Shown piece after piece: positions 1-8,196 of a stretch of 64,000 nt of DNA. Location: contig CBFGIT010000014.1 in assembly GCA_965648905.1 (NCBI GenBank), positions 1 to 64,000 of the forward strand. The letters are read 5' to 3'. The notes under the pieces are model-generated. The model was not told the origin of the DNA. It saw nothing but the letters and a program-made list of their open reading frames with translations, and ran no database searches. Position numbers and translations under genes: made by a program. Positions within the stretch are counted from its first letter, which is position 1; every line of letters starts with the position of its first letter. The stretch comes from a candidate division WOR-3 bacterium. GTDB taxonomy: Bacteria > Hydrothermota > Tepidihabitantia > Tepidihabitantales > Tepidihabitantaceae.

Positions 1-96
1 GAGCCTTACCCGCATTCCCTTACACGAGGATGCCAGACTGCGCGGTTCATCCAAGTGAACCGCGTCCCTTGGGCACGGCCTTCCGGCTACGATGGC

Positions 97-125
97 TTGA
101 CAGTTCCGCCCGCGGGTTATAGAAT
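97..125 (+). promoter_or_regulatory. sigma70-type promoter, leaderless architecture
   Basis: TTGACA(97-102)-17 nt-TAGAAT(120-125), then 6 nt to ATG at 132; no SD. Confidence 0.7.
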
Positions 126-131
126 CCGGGC

Positions 132-644
132 ATGCCCGAGCGAGTGGCGTTACGAGCACGTGCTGGTCTGGCTGCGGCCATCGGCCTGCTCCTTCTTGCC
201 GTCGGCTGTACGCGATTGGACAACCTATTTGACAATCCCAAGGGCTGGGCCGGAAGGAGAGTGTGCCTGCTCGGAAGGTCTTGCGGCCCGCCGGGCCCGC
301 ACTTTGGTGCCGGCGACTGGCTCGAGGCGTGTGAGCCCCAAACGTACGAACTGCTCGTCGCCGACGGGAGCAGCGCCGAACGCATCGATGTCATGACCAG
401 CGGTCCGCTGCCGAAGGAGGGCAACCGCGTGTTGGTCTATGGTGTCGTGCGCGCACGGCCTTACGTCATCTCGCCCTTAATCGGGGAGTGCTTAACCGTC
501 AGCGGCCCGGTCATCGAAGACCCGCCGGAGATGAAGGCCCTGTACGCGGCAGCCCGGTTCTGCGCGCAGGCAGTCCGAGGGCCCAGGTCCCGCCAGCGCC
601 GCGCTTCGGTGCGTGGTTCCTTTCCCCATCCGGGCTCGCACTGA
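132..644 (+). CDS. Hypothetical lipoprotein
   Basis: Basic N-terminus, hydrophobic stretch and lipobox LAVGC; promoter directly upstream. Confidence 0.6.
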   Translation: MPERVALRARAGLAAAIGLLLLAVGCTRLDNLFDNPKGWAGRRVCLLGRSCGPPGPHFGAGDWLEACEPQTYELLVADGSSAERIDVMTSGPLPKEGNRVLVYGVVRARPYVISPLIGECLTVSGPVIEDPPEMKALYAAARFCAQAVRGPRSRQRRASVRGSFPHPGSH

Positions 645-659
645 TGCCATTGATTCGCA

Positions 660-674
660 GGAATTCCGGTGACA
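660..674 (+). repeat. 15-bp direct repeat, left copy (GGAATTCCGGTGACA)
   Basis: 14/15 identical to 2521-2535; the two copies bracket darTG. Confidence 0.6.
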
Positions 675-752
675 CAGTACGCGATTCCTTTGGCCGGCCT
701 GTCCATTGACGAGATTGCGATTGTCGAAGGCCGGGCGAAGTAGGCTTGCTGG

Positions 753-1361
753 GTGACCAGAGACGAAGTCAAGGAGCTGCACTACATCACGCACGTCGAC
801 AATGTGGCGTCCATTCTGAAGCACGGGATTCTGTCGCACAACCGGGCCAGTGGTCTGACCTGCAAGTCGGTGGCGCTGGAGGCGGTACAACTGCGGAGGA
901 GAAAACGGGTGCCCAACGGCAGGCCGCTGCACGACTACGTGAATCTGTACTTCAATGCGCGCAATCCGATGATGTTCCGTGTGATTCGCGGCGACATAGC
1001 CGAGCCCAGAGACCTGGCCGTGCTCAGGGTGAGTCCGTCGGTGCTGGGCCAGTCGCATGTGGTCATCGCCGACAGGAATGCTTCCAGTGACTACGTGATG
1101 TTCTACGCTTCGCCGGACGGACTGGCGCAGCTCGATGGCAGCCTGGTGTTTGCGGAATACTGGGTTGACGATGACCCATTGGAGCAGTTCCGGAAGAAGT
1201 CCGCGATATGCGCCGAGGTGCTGGTTCCGGACTGCGTTCCCGCCCGGATGGTGACCGGCGTGTACGTCTCCGGCGACAAGACGGCCGCTCTTGTCGAGGG
1301 CAGCCTGCGCGGCAGGGCCGGACTGGACATCGTCGTGAATCTGCATATCTTCTTCATGTAG
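753..1361 (+). CDS. darT: DarT ssDNA ADP-ribosyltransferase toxin (DUF4433)
   Basis: Motifs LHYITHVDNVASILKHGILS, LHDYVNLYFNARNPMMF and AEVLV (catalytic Glu); followed by a macrodomain gene. Confidence 0.92.
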   Translation: MTRDEVKELHYITHVDNVASILKHGILSHNRASGLTCKSVALEAVQLRRRKRVPNGRPLHDYVNLYFNARNPMMFRVIRGDIAEPRDLAVLRVSPSVLGQSHVVIADRNASSDYVMFYASPDGLAQLDGSLVFAEYWVDDDPLEQFRKKSAICAEVLVPDCVPARMVTGVYVSGDKTAALVEGSLRGRAGLDIVVNLHIFFM

Positions 1362-1368
1362 GCAACCC

Positions 1369-2502
1369 ATGAACAGAGTAAGACCCGTCATCGGCGACAT
1401 CTTCCAGTCGAAGATGCAGACGCTCGTCAACACGGCCAATACCGTCGGCGTGATGGGCAAGGGGCTTGCTCTGGAGTTCAAGAACCGCTTCCCCGACATG
1501 TTTGAGGACTATGTCAGGCGGGCGAGAGCCGGGGAGGTGAAGCTCGGCCACCCGTATCTGTTCAAGCGTCTGGTTCCACCGTGGATTCTGGTGTTCCCCA
1601 CGAAGGAGCACTGGCGTTCCGTCTCGCGGCTGTCGGACATCGAGGCGGGGCTTGAGCACGTTAGGCGCAACTACCGTCAGTGGGGAATCACGTCCATCGC
1701 CGTGCCCCCGCTCGGGTGCGGTCTGGGCCAGTTGGAATGGAGCATCGTCGGCCGGACGCTGTACCGACATCTGGCTGAGCTGGACATCCCGGTCGAGCTG
1801 TACGCTCCGACTGGGACGCCGCTGGACGAAGTCGCACCAGAGTTCCTGTCTCGACCCAGTGAGGCGCAACTTGTCGAATGCGCGAGAAACGGCAAGTCGA
1901 ATATCCCTTCAGGGCTAATCGTGGTCATTGAGGCCCTCCGGCGTATAGAGCGGACGCCGTATCACTGGCCCATCGGCCGGGTCGCATTCCAGAAGCTGGC
2001 CTACTTCGGCACGGAGATGGGGTTGGCAACCGGGTTGAAGTTCCAGCGCGCCAGCTTCGGACCATACGATGAGAATACCAAGGCCGTGGTCACCAGGCTC
2101 GTGAACAACGGCCTTCTGGAGGAACGGCGCTATGGAACTGGGCGCATGTTCAGGGTGAGTGCCGGCCCGACGTTCGAGGACGTTCGCAGACGGTTCGCCA
2201 GCGACATCGCCGAGAATGAGGAGACGATACGGCGTCTGGTTGACCTGTTCTGTCGCATCAGAACAACCCAGCAGGCGGAGATGGTCGCCACCGTACACTT
2301 CGCGCGGCGCACGATGAGACCAAGACAGGGGGGCAAGCCGAGTGAGTGCGATGTTCTGTCTGAGGTACTTGAGTGGAAGAAGAAACACCGACCCTCCTAC
2401 GACAAGACGGAGGTCGGTTCTACAATCCGGGCATTGGCTGTCCTCGGATGGCTGGACGTCGCCCCAAGCAAAGACCTCCCGACTGCGTTAGAACCGGCGT
2501 AG
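1369..2502 (+). CDS. darG: DarG macrodomain antitoxin (ADP-ribosylglycohydrolase)
   Basis: GDIF...LVNTANTVGVMGKGLALEFK, FPTKEHWR, SIAVPPLGCGLGQLEW; C-terminal FQKLAYF/GPY region; 7 nt after darT. Confidence 0.92.
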   Translation: MNRVRPVIGDIFQSKMQTLVNTANTVGVMGKGLALEFKNRFPDMFEDYVRRARAGEVKLGHPYLFKRLVPPWILVFPTKEHWRSVSRLSDIEAGLEHVRRNYRQWGITSIAVPPLGCGLGQLEWSIVGRTLYRHLAELDIPVELYAPTGTPLDEVAPEFLSRPSEAQLVECARNGKSNIPSGLIVVIEALRRIERTPYHWPIGRVAFQKLAYFGTEMGLATGLKFQRASFGPYDENTKAVVTRLVNNGLLEERRYGTGRMFRVSAGPTFEDVRRRFASDIAENEETIRRLVDLFCRIRTTQQAEMVATVHFARRTMRPRQGGKPSECDVLSEVLEWKKKHRPSYDKTEVGSTIRALAVLGWLDVAPSKDLPTALEPA

Positions 2503-2520
2503 CCCCGTCAAGTTAGCCGG

Positions 2521-2535
2521 GGAATCCCGGTGACA
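2521..2535 (+). repeat. 15-bp direct repeat, right copy (GGAATCCCGGTGACA)
   Basis: Matches 660-674 with one mismatch. Confidence 0.6.
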
Positions 2536-2594
2536 TCACATAGAGATTTTCTTCGCCGCGTCTGACCGAGGATAAGAGCCGCGAGAGAGCGGGG

Positions 2595-2795
2595 AGAGGC
2601 AAAGGCGGAGGACGAAGGCAGAAGCTAGAAGCTAGAAGGCAGAAGGCAGAATGGAGAGTGCAGAATGGCGGAGAGGCGAATGGCGAGTGGCGAAAGGGCG
2701 GAGGACGAAGCTAGAAGCTAGAATGCAGATTGCAGAATACAGATTGCGGAGTGCAGAATGGCGAAAGGCGAGAGGCGAATGGCGAGTGGCGAGGA
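2595..2795 (+). repeat. Purine-rich degenerate heptamer tandem repeat tract
   Basis: Units GCAGAAG, GCAGAAT, GCTAGAA, GCAGATT, GGCGAAT/GGCGAGT; shares blocks with 3365-3810. Confidence 0.85.
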
Positions 2796-2805
2796 AGGTG
2801 CCGGG

Positions 2806-3036
2806 CTAGAGTCGGGCCCAGCGTTCGGCATCCACTCGGATTCCGGTCCCGCGTTCGACCTCACGCAGGAGCAGCCACAATTGGGCGACCGAGTACTCCG
2901 AATCGGCAGGCAGGGTGAGAGTGTAGTGCCGCAGCCGCATGAAGAAGTGCCTGCCACCAGGCTCCGGGGCGGTGAAACCGAGTGCGCGGAGTTTGCGGAT
3001 GAAGTCGCGTCGCTTGCAGGGCGACCAGCTAGGTAC
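2806..3036 (-). CDS. HicA-like toxin with a non-canonical (GTA) codon at the expected start; possibly a pseudogene
   Basis: PCKRRDFIRKLRALGF...GGRHFFM...LTLP HicA-type pattern, directly downstream of a hicB-like gene; start uncertain. Confidence 0.7.
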   Translation of the reverse strand, partial: VPSWSPCKRRDFIRKLRALGFTAPEPGGRHFFMRLRHYTLTLPADSEYSVAQLWLLLREVERGTGIRVDAERWARL

Positions 3037-3292
3037 GTGTCGTCGTCTTTGGCCGCGGCCTTCGGCCACGGTTGAGGTTGACCCGGCCAAGAACCGGCAG
3101 CGGGTCGCCGTGACGCAGTTTGACAATCAGCCAGTCTTCAAGGACCGAGCGAAGCTCCTCCTGACATTCGTACAGGGTCGATGCGAAAGCGATTACTCCG
3201 GGACAACGTCGGATTGTCCCGCAGTAGTTGCCGTCTTCGGTCTTTTCGTAATCCGCGGTCTTCATCGCCGCGGCGATGTAGTCGAGGAGCAT
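3029..3292 (-). CDS. HicB family antitoxin (short form)
   Basis: MLLDYIAAAM...YCGTIRRCPGVIAFASTLYECQEELRSVLEDW...GDPLP; leaderless promoter TTGACC-16-TAGAAT at 3328-3301. Confidence 0.85.
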   Translation of the reverse strand: MLLDYIAAAMKTADYEKTEDGNYCGTIRRCPGVIAFASTLYECQEELRSVLEDWLIVKLRHGDPLPVLGRVNLNRGRRPRPKTTTRT

Positions 3293-3364
3293 ACAGGGTC
3301 ATTCTAGCCGGGGCGCCAGGGAGGTCAAGAGCGCCAGGGGCCGCGGGGGTAAGGAGCGGGCGAG

Positions 3365-3810
3365 GCGAGGCAGAAGGCGGAAATCAGAAGGCAGAAGGCA
3401 GAATGCAGATTGCAGATTGCGGGGCGTAGAATGGCGGAGAGGCGAAGGGGCGGAGGACGAAGGCAGAAGCTAGAAGCTAGAATGCAGAAGGCAGAATGCG
3501 GAATGCAGATTGCGGGGCGTAGAATGGCGGAGAGGCGAAGGGGCGGAGGACGAAGGCAGAAGCTAGAAGCTAGAATGCAGAAGGCAGAATGCAGATTGCA
3601 GATTGCGGGGCGTAGAATGGCGGAGAGGCGAAGGGGCGGAGGACGAAGGCAGAAGCTAGAAGCTAGAATGCAGAAGGCAGAATGCGGAATGCAGAATGGC
3701 GGACGGCGAAAGGCGAGAGGCGAAAGGCGTGGGGCGGAGGCAAGGCAGAAGGCAGAAATCAGAAGGCAGAAGGCAGAATGGAGAGTGCAGAATGCAGAAT
3801 GGCGGAGAAC
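3365..3810 (+). repeat. Heptamer-built tract containing a 93-bp unit repeated three times
   Basis: GGGGCGTAGAATGG recurs at 3421, 3514 and 3607 (period 93). Confidence 0.92.
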
Positions 3811-3889
3811 GGGAGACGAAGGGCGAGCGGCGGGAGGCGGAGGCGGGTCGTTGACTAGACCTGTGTCGGAAATCGGCTAGAATCTGCCC

Positions 3890-4513
3890 ATGAGTGAAGT
3901 GGAGCAGCACAGCGCCACCGTGGTGGTCTATACGGTCGGCCATTCGAACGTGTCAGCAGAGGCGTTTGTTACCCTGCTCAAGTCGCACGGCATTGAAGTA
4001 CTTGTCGATGTGCGTTCGGCGCCGTACTCGAAGTACGTGCCTCACTTCAACCGCGACGTGCTGAAGCAGGCGATCGTCGACGCCGGCCTCAAGTACCTTT
4101 ACCTCGGCCGCGAGCTGGGCGGCAGGCCGCCCGGGCTTCACTTCTACGGTTCAGATGGACATGTCCGCTACGACCTGATAGCGGCTTCGCCAGAGTTCTG
4201 CCAGGGCATCGAGCGGCTGCGACGCGGGATTCGCGAGCATCGCGTCGCCCTGATGTGCAACGAAGAGGACCCGCGTGAGTGTCACCGTCGGCTGCTCGTC
4301 GGTCGGGTTCTAGCTGAAGGCGGCGTCACCGTGCTTCACATCCGCGGCGACGGACGCGTTCAGTCCGAGGCCGAGCTGGCAGAGGCCGAAGGCAGCAATA
4401 GTGCGTCCGATGTCCAGCAGGAGTTTGAGTTTGCCCTAAGGGAGAAACCAGAGTGGAAATCCACACGGTCGGTTTTGCCGGCAAGTCGGCCCAAGCGTTC
4501 TTCGGGGCTCTGA
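3890..4513 (+). CDS. DUF488 family protein
   Basis: YTVGHSN, LVDVRSAPYS, LGRELGG, ALMCNEEDPRECHR; TAGAAT 6 nt before ATG. Confidence 0.9.
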   Translation: MSEVEQHSATVVVYTVGHSNVSAEAFVTLLKSHGIEVLVDVRSAPYSKYVPHFNRDVLKQAIVDAGLKYLYLGRELGGRPPGLHFYGSDGHVRYDLIAASPEFCQGIERLRRGIREHRVALMCNEEDPRECHRRLLVGRVLAEGGVTVLHIRGDGRVQSEAELAEAEGSNSASDVQQEFEFALREKPEWKSTRSVLPASRPKRSSGL

Positions 4514-4890
4514 AGCGCGCCGGCATCAAGCGCGTCGTCGACGTCAGATTGAGGCCGAATGGCGGCCTGGCGCTTTTCGCCCGAGGCACGGACCTACCCT
4601 ATTTCCTGCGCGAGCTCTGCGGTGCCGAGTACGTCCACGTCCCGTTGTTCGCTCCCACGAAGGAAATCCTCTCGGATTTCCGCAAGAAGAAGACGGATTG
4701 GCTCGAGTACGAGCGCCGGTTCCAGGGCCTGCTCGATGAACGCCAGGTTGCTGAGAAGGTGGACCGGGCGTTGTTCTTGACTACGGCCGCTCTGCTCTGC
4801 AGCGAGGCCAAACCTGACCAGTGCCACCGACGGCTGGTGGCCGAATACCTGCAGTCGCACTGGCCGGGCGTGACCGTGACCCACCTGTAG
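4453..4890 (+). CDS. DUF488 family protein (second, shorter subtype)
   Basis: IHTVGFAGKSA, VVDVRL, FAPT, ALLCSEAKPDQCHRRLVAEYL; GTG start inside the 3' end of the preceding gene. Confidence 0.88.
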   Translation: MEIHTVGFAGKSAQAFFGALKRAGIKRVVDVRLRPNGGLALFARGTDLPYFLRELCGAEYVHVPLFAPTKEILSDFRKKKTDWLEYERRFQGLLDERQVAEKVDRALFLTTAALLCSEAKPDQCHRRLVAEYLQSHWPGVTVTHL

Positions 4891-4897
4891 TACACTC

Positions 4898-5599
4898 GTG
4901 CGTATCGTCGTCAGTCACCTGACCCGGATGCAGCCGGGGTTCGTCTGCATCGCCGGCATTGACCCCAAGACCGGTCGCCACGTCCGACCGGAGCTGCGCG
5001 GTGCCCGCATCGGAGTTGATACGCTGGAGCCAAACGGTGGGCCGTTCAACATGGCGGTCGAGGTCGACCTGGGTCATGCCAAGTCAAAGCCGAGTCCGCC
5101 GGAAATCGAGGACTGCGAGGTTCGGGCCTCGTCGGTGCGCAAACGGCGCGACGTGCCGGCAGATGAGTTCTGGCAGTTACTACAGAAGGTCGGCCAACCG
5201 AGGCTGGCCGATGTGTTCGGTGCAGACCTGTGCCGACACGGGAACACCTGCATACTGGAACCCGCAACCGGCAGAGCATCGCTCGGCTGTCTCATCCCCG
5301 GGGACACCCCGCAATTGGAGGTCTGCATTGAAACGTATCTGGGGCGGCCGAAGAGGCGCATCCGGTGCCATGTCCGAGACCTGGACGGCGAGTACTTTCC
5401 TGCGGTCACGGACTTCCGTCTGTATCATAACGACCAGCAGACCCCGCGCCGGGAGCTGATTGCCAACTTGAACCGGCGCATGAATGATGGTGTGGCTGCG
5501 ATTCTGAGCGTCGGTGTCACGAGGGCGATGAGCCAGGGCAAGCACTGGTTGCAGGTCAACAACATCCACCTGCAGGACGACCCGACGTGGCGACTGTAG
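4898..5599 (+). CDS. Dual OB-fold-like protein associated with DUF488/DarTG loci
   Basis: N-terminal HLTRM...VCIAGID...VRP, internal SLG and VTD, C-terminal LSVGVTR...WLQVNNIH; context after two DUF488 genes. Confidence 0.6.
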   Translation: MRIVVSHLTRMQPGFVCIAGIDPKTGRHVRPELRGARIGVDTLEPNGGPFNMAVEVDLGHAKSKPSPPEIEDCEVRASSVRKRRDVPADEFWQLLQKVGQPRLADVFGADLCRHGNTCILEPATGRASLGCLIPGDTPQLEVCIETYLGRPKRRIRCHVRDLDGEYFPAVTDFRLYHNDQQTPRRELIANLNRRMNDGVAAILSVGVTRAMSQGKHWLQVNNIHLQDDPTWRL

Positions 5600-5602
5600 T
5601 CT

Positions 5603-5662
5603 GTGGCCGACCCGTCTCACTTCGAGTGGGCCAACGCGACGTGGAATTCGGTGACGGGTTGC
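5603..5662 (+). pseudogene. 5' remnant of a DUF5131 (phage Gp37/Gp68-like) gene
   Basis: MADPSHFEWANATWNSVTGC resembles the family N-terminus (S.IEWT.ATWNPVTGC); similarity ends after about 20 codons at a repeat tract. Confidence 0.7.
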
Positions 5663-5835
5663 GCGCTGACCGGGCAGAAGGCGTGTCGCGGAGGTAAGTC
5701 GAAGGTCAAACGGCGAGTGGCGAAAGGCGGTCGTCAGTGCAAAGGGCAAAGGGCAAAATGCGGGAAAAAACCAAGCGCCAACCAGTCAAGCTCCAAGGGA
5801 TGAGGGCAGAAGGGAGGGAGAACCGAAGAGACAGA

Positions 5836-6063
5836 CTAGAGGAGTCCGGCCAGCTCGTCGGCAGTGATTCCCGCCTGCTTCAGGATGGACTGCAGGGTCT
5901 TGGGCGCGAGCGTCCTGCCGGCATGAACCGGTACCGTGACCAGGGTGTCTTTGCCGCGGTGGAACAGGTAGTGGTGGCTGCCACGCACGCGGATTTGCTC
6001 GAACCCCGCCTGCCGCAGCGCCCGGAGCGCGTCGTTACCGGTGACCCGGGGCAGCCGGCTCAC
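5836..6063 (-). CDS. hicA: HicA family mRNA interferase toxin
   Basis: LPRVTG...LRQAGFEQIRVRGSHHYL...VTVPVH...TLQSILKQAGIT. Confidence 0.92.
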   Translation of the reverse strand: MSRLPRVTGNDALRALRQAGFEQIRVRGSHHYLFHRGKDTLVTVPVHAGRTLAPKTLQSILKQAGITADELAGLL

Positions 6064-6278
6064 GAGACGGCTGGTTCTATCTCTACCGGAACCTCGACCG
6101 GGATGGGTTTGCCGAGGTCGCGGAGGGTCTGGACAAAGCCGGCGATTGCTTCCTGAGCGTTGGCGACGGCTTCATCCCAGGTGGCGCCTTCGGTGATACA
6201 GCCAGGCAGGGCCGGTACGGTCACCGTGTAGCCGCCGTCCTCGTTCTTCTCGATTTCAACCAGGTATCGCGTGAGCAT
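6060..6278 (-). CDS. hicB: HicB family antitoxin (short form)
   Basis: EDGGYTVTVPALPGCITEGATWDEAVANAQEAI; GTGA overlap with hicA; leaderless promoter TTGACT-16-TACAAT at 6312-6285. Confidence 0.92.
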   Translation of the reverse strand: MLTRYLVEIEKNEDGGYTVTVPALPGCITEGATWDEAVANAQEAIAGFVQTLRDLGKPIPVEVPVEIEPAVS

Positions 6279-6418
6279 GGTTCCATTGTACGGGTTATCG
6301 GGGACGAGTCAAACCGCGAGAAAGACCGGGAATGGAGAAGGCATGGAGCGGAGGCAGGGCAGAAGGCAGAGCGCAGAATCGCGGAGAGCGAGAGGCGAAT
6401 GGCGAAGGAATGCCCGTG

Positions 6419-8023
6419 CTACCACTGGAAGGTGAAGATGGCGCGGGAGCGGACGTCTTTGATGGCGTTGTGCATTGTGCCGACAATGAAACGGCCAGGC
6501 AGGGAGAATCGTCCGACAATGCCGAGTTCTTCGATGACTTCGCGCACGAACTGGACAAAGCTCTCGGCACTGCGCGGCAGGTCCGGGCTGCCGTGCGTGT
6601 CAACCAGGACCGGATGCACGCCGTAAAGCAGGCGCAGCCGACGCGCGGTTTCGATGCGGGTAGTGAGGGCAAGGACCGGCATGGTCGGCCGGAAGCGAGA
6701 GACCATGGCCGCGCTCGCACCGGTGGTGGCATAGGAGATGATCAGGGGTGAGCCGGCCTGCTCGGCCAGTTGGCAGATGGGAAAGCCGATGATGTGGATG
6801 TTGCGGGTGACCGGTTTGCGGGCGTAGTCGTTGTTGAACTTGGCAAGGTAGCGTGCGCGGTTGATGGGCATGGTTGCCGCAATGACCCGGGCCATGACCT
6901 TGACGCTTTCTAATGGGAAGTCGCCGGCCGCGGTTTCGCCCGAGAGCATCAGGGCGTCAGCGCCTTCTTCGATCGCCGTAGCAATGTCCTGAGGCTCGGA
7001 CCGGTGCGGCAGGGGACGCTGCATCATCGATTCGAGCAACTGGGTGGCGACGATAACCGGTTTGCCCGCGATGTTGGCTTTGTCGATGAGCCGGCGCTGG
7101 ATTTCCGGGATGCGGTCGAAGTCGACGAGCACGCCCAGGTCGCCGCGCGCGACCATGATGCCGAAGACATGTTCGTCGGCAAGAATCGCGTCGATGTTGC
7201 TGACTGCGGCCGGGGTCTCGATCTTGGCGATGATGGGGCGGCGGCCGCGCGGGCTGCGGTCGAGCAGTCGGACCAGGGCACGGACATCGGCGGCATCCTG
7301 GACAAACGACTGGGCGACAAAGTCGACATCGAAGCCGTGGGCGAGTGCGGCCCGGTCTTCGGCCACGTCGAGCGGGCCAGCCTGGAGCCGACCGCCGGCA
7401 ACGTCCGGAAGGTTGACGTGCTTGCCGGCCTGGATTGTGCCCCGGTGTTCGGCCCGGAGCAGAACCGTGTCGGGCGAGCGCTTGCGTTCGACCCGGAGAT
7501 AGACTTCGTTGTCGCCGATAACGACCAGGTGGCCGCGTTCGAGTTCGACATAGACGTTTTTCGGGTAGGAGACAAGCAGCCGGGCCTTGATGCCGGATGC
7601 GGCCGGAGAGCCGGCGTCTTCAACGTCCGAGAGCTGGACCCGGTCGTCTTCAACGACCTTGAGTGTCGGCAGCGGGTTGCCATCCGGGTCGCGGATTTCG
7701 ACCACGCGGATTTCCGGGCCTTTCAGGTCCATGATGATTGGAATTGGCACGTGGAGCCGTTCCTCAGTGGCACGGATGGCAGCGATGAGACGGTCGATTC
7801 GTTCGAAGTCCTGTTCTCGGACATGGGAGAAGTTGATTCGGGCCGCAGCCATGCCGTGCTCGACCAGTTCTTCAATCGAGGTCAGGGCCGAGGGCTCGGG
7901 AAAGGTGCCGTCCGGGTTGCGGCCGGCGAGCGAGACGCGCGGGCCCATGGTGCAGACGATGGCGAGCGTACCGGGCTGCATCGGGCCGGCCGCGAGCACA
8001 TGGTGTCTTGCCTTGTGTTTCAT
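6419..8023 (-). CDS. pyk: Pyruvate kinase
   Basis: IVCTMGP, RINFSH, DLKGPEIR, IAKIE, GIMVARGDLG, ATQLLESM, MLSGETAAG; start moved to ATG 8023 because TTGACA-16-TATGCT lies 7 nt upstream. Confidence 0.93.
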   Translation of the reverse strand: MKHKARHHVLAAGPMQPGTLAIVCTMGPRVSLAGRNPDGTFPEPSALTSIEELVEHGMAAARINFSHVREQDFERIDRLIAAIRATEERLHVPIPIIMDLKGPEIRVVEIRDPDGNPLPTLKVVEDDRVQLSDVEDAGSPAASGIKARLLVSYPKNVYVELERGHLVVIGDNEVYLRVERKRSPDTVLLRAEHRGTIQAGKHVNLPDVAGGRLQAGPLDVAEDRAALAHGFDVDFVAQSFVQDAADVRALVRLLDRSPRGRRPIIAKIETPAAVSNIDAILADEHVFGIMVARGDLGVLVDFDRIPEIQRRLIDKANIAGKPVIVATQLLESMMQRPLPHRSEPQDIATAIEEGADALMLSGETAAGDFPLESVKVMARVIAATMPINRARYLAKFNNDYARKPVTRNIHIIGFPICQLAEQAGSPLIISYATTGASAAMVSRFRPTMPVLALTTRIETARRLRLLYGVHPVLVDTHGSPDLPRSAESFVQFVREVIEELGIVGRFSLPGRFIVGTMHNAIKDVRSRAIFTFQW

Positions 8024-8196
8024 GGTCTTGAGCATAGGCAGCAGGGGACGGGTGTCAAGCAGTTGGCAGACCCCGAGTCCGATGTTGACAACCGGGCCGC
8101 TCCGGGCTAATTTCAGTCGTGGCAGACTCGATGCGGCCCCGTATTCTCGACGGGCAGCCGGATTCACTCAACACAATTCAAGTATAAGGAGGAAGC

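Noticed and set aside
492..1499. Long antisense ORFs (also 7004-8110, 8917-10296, 29302-30405, 35733-37130, 48395-49462, 52473-53612)
   Set aside because: Shadow ORFs opposite well-supported genes, expected in GC-rich DNA.
3365..3810. Possible CRISPR array
   Set aside because: Units are directly adjacent with no unique spacers, and no cas genes are present.
3410..3880. 156-aa ORF with 31-aa repeats, and the opposite-strand ORFs 3656-3943 and 2718-2957
   Set aside because: Translations of the heptamer tracts; no SD, promoter or family features.
660..6300. Integron cassette array
   Set aside because: No integron integrase, and I could not find attC-type RYYYAAC...GTTRRRY boundaries.
8024..8167. 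N-terminal extension of pyruvate kinase in the ORF track
   Set aside because: It overlaps a promoter pointing to ATG 8023 and has no pyruvate kinase features.
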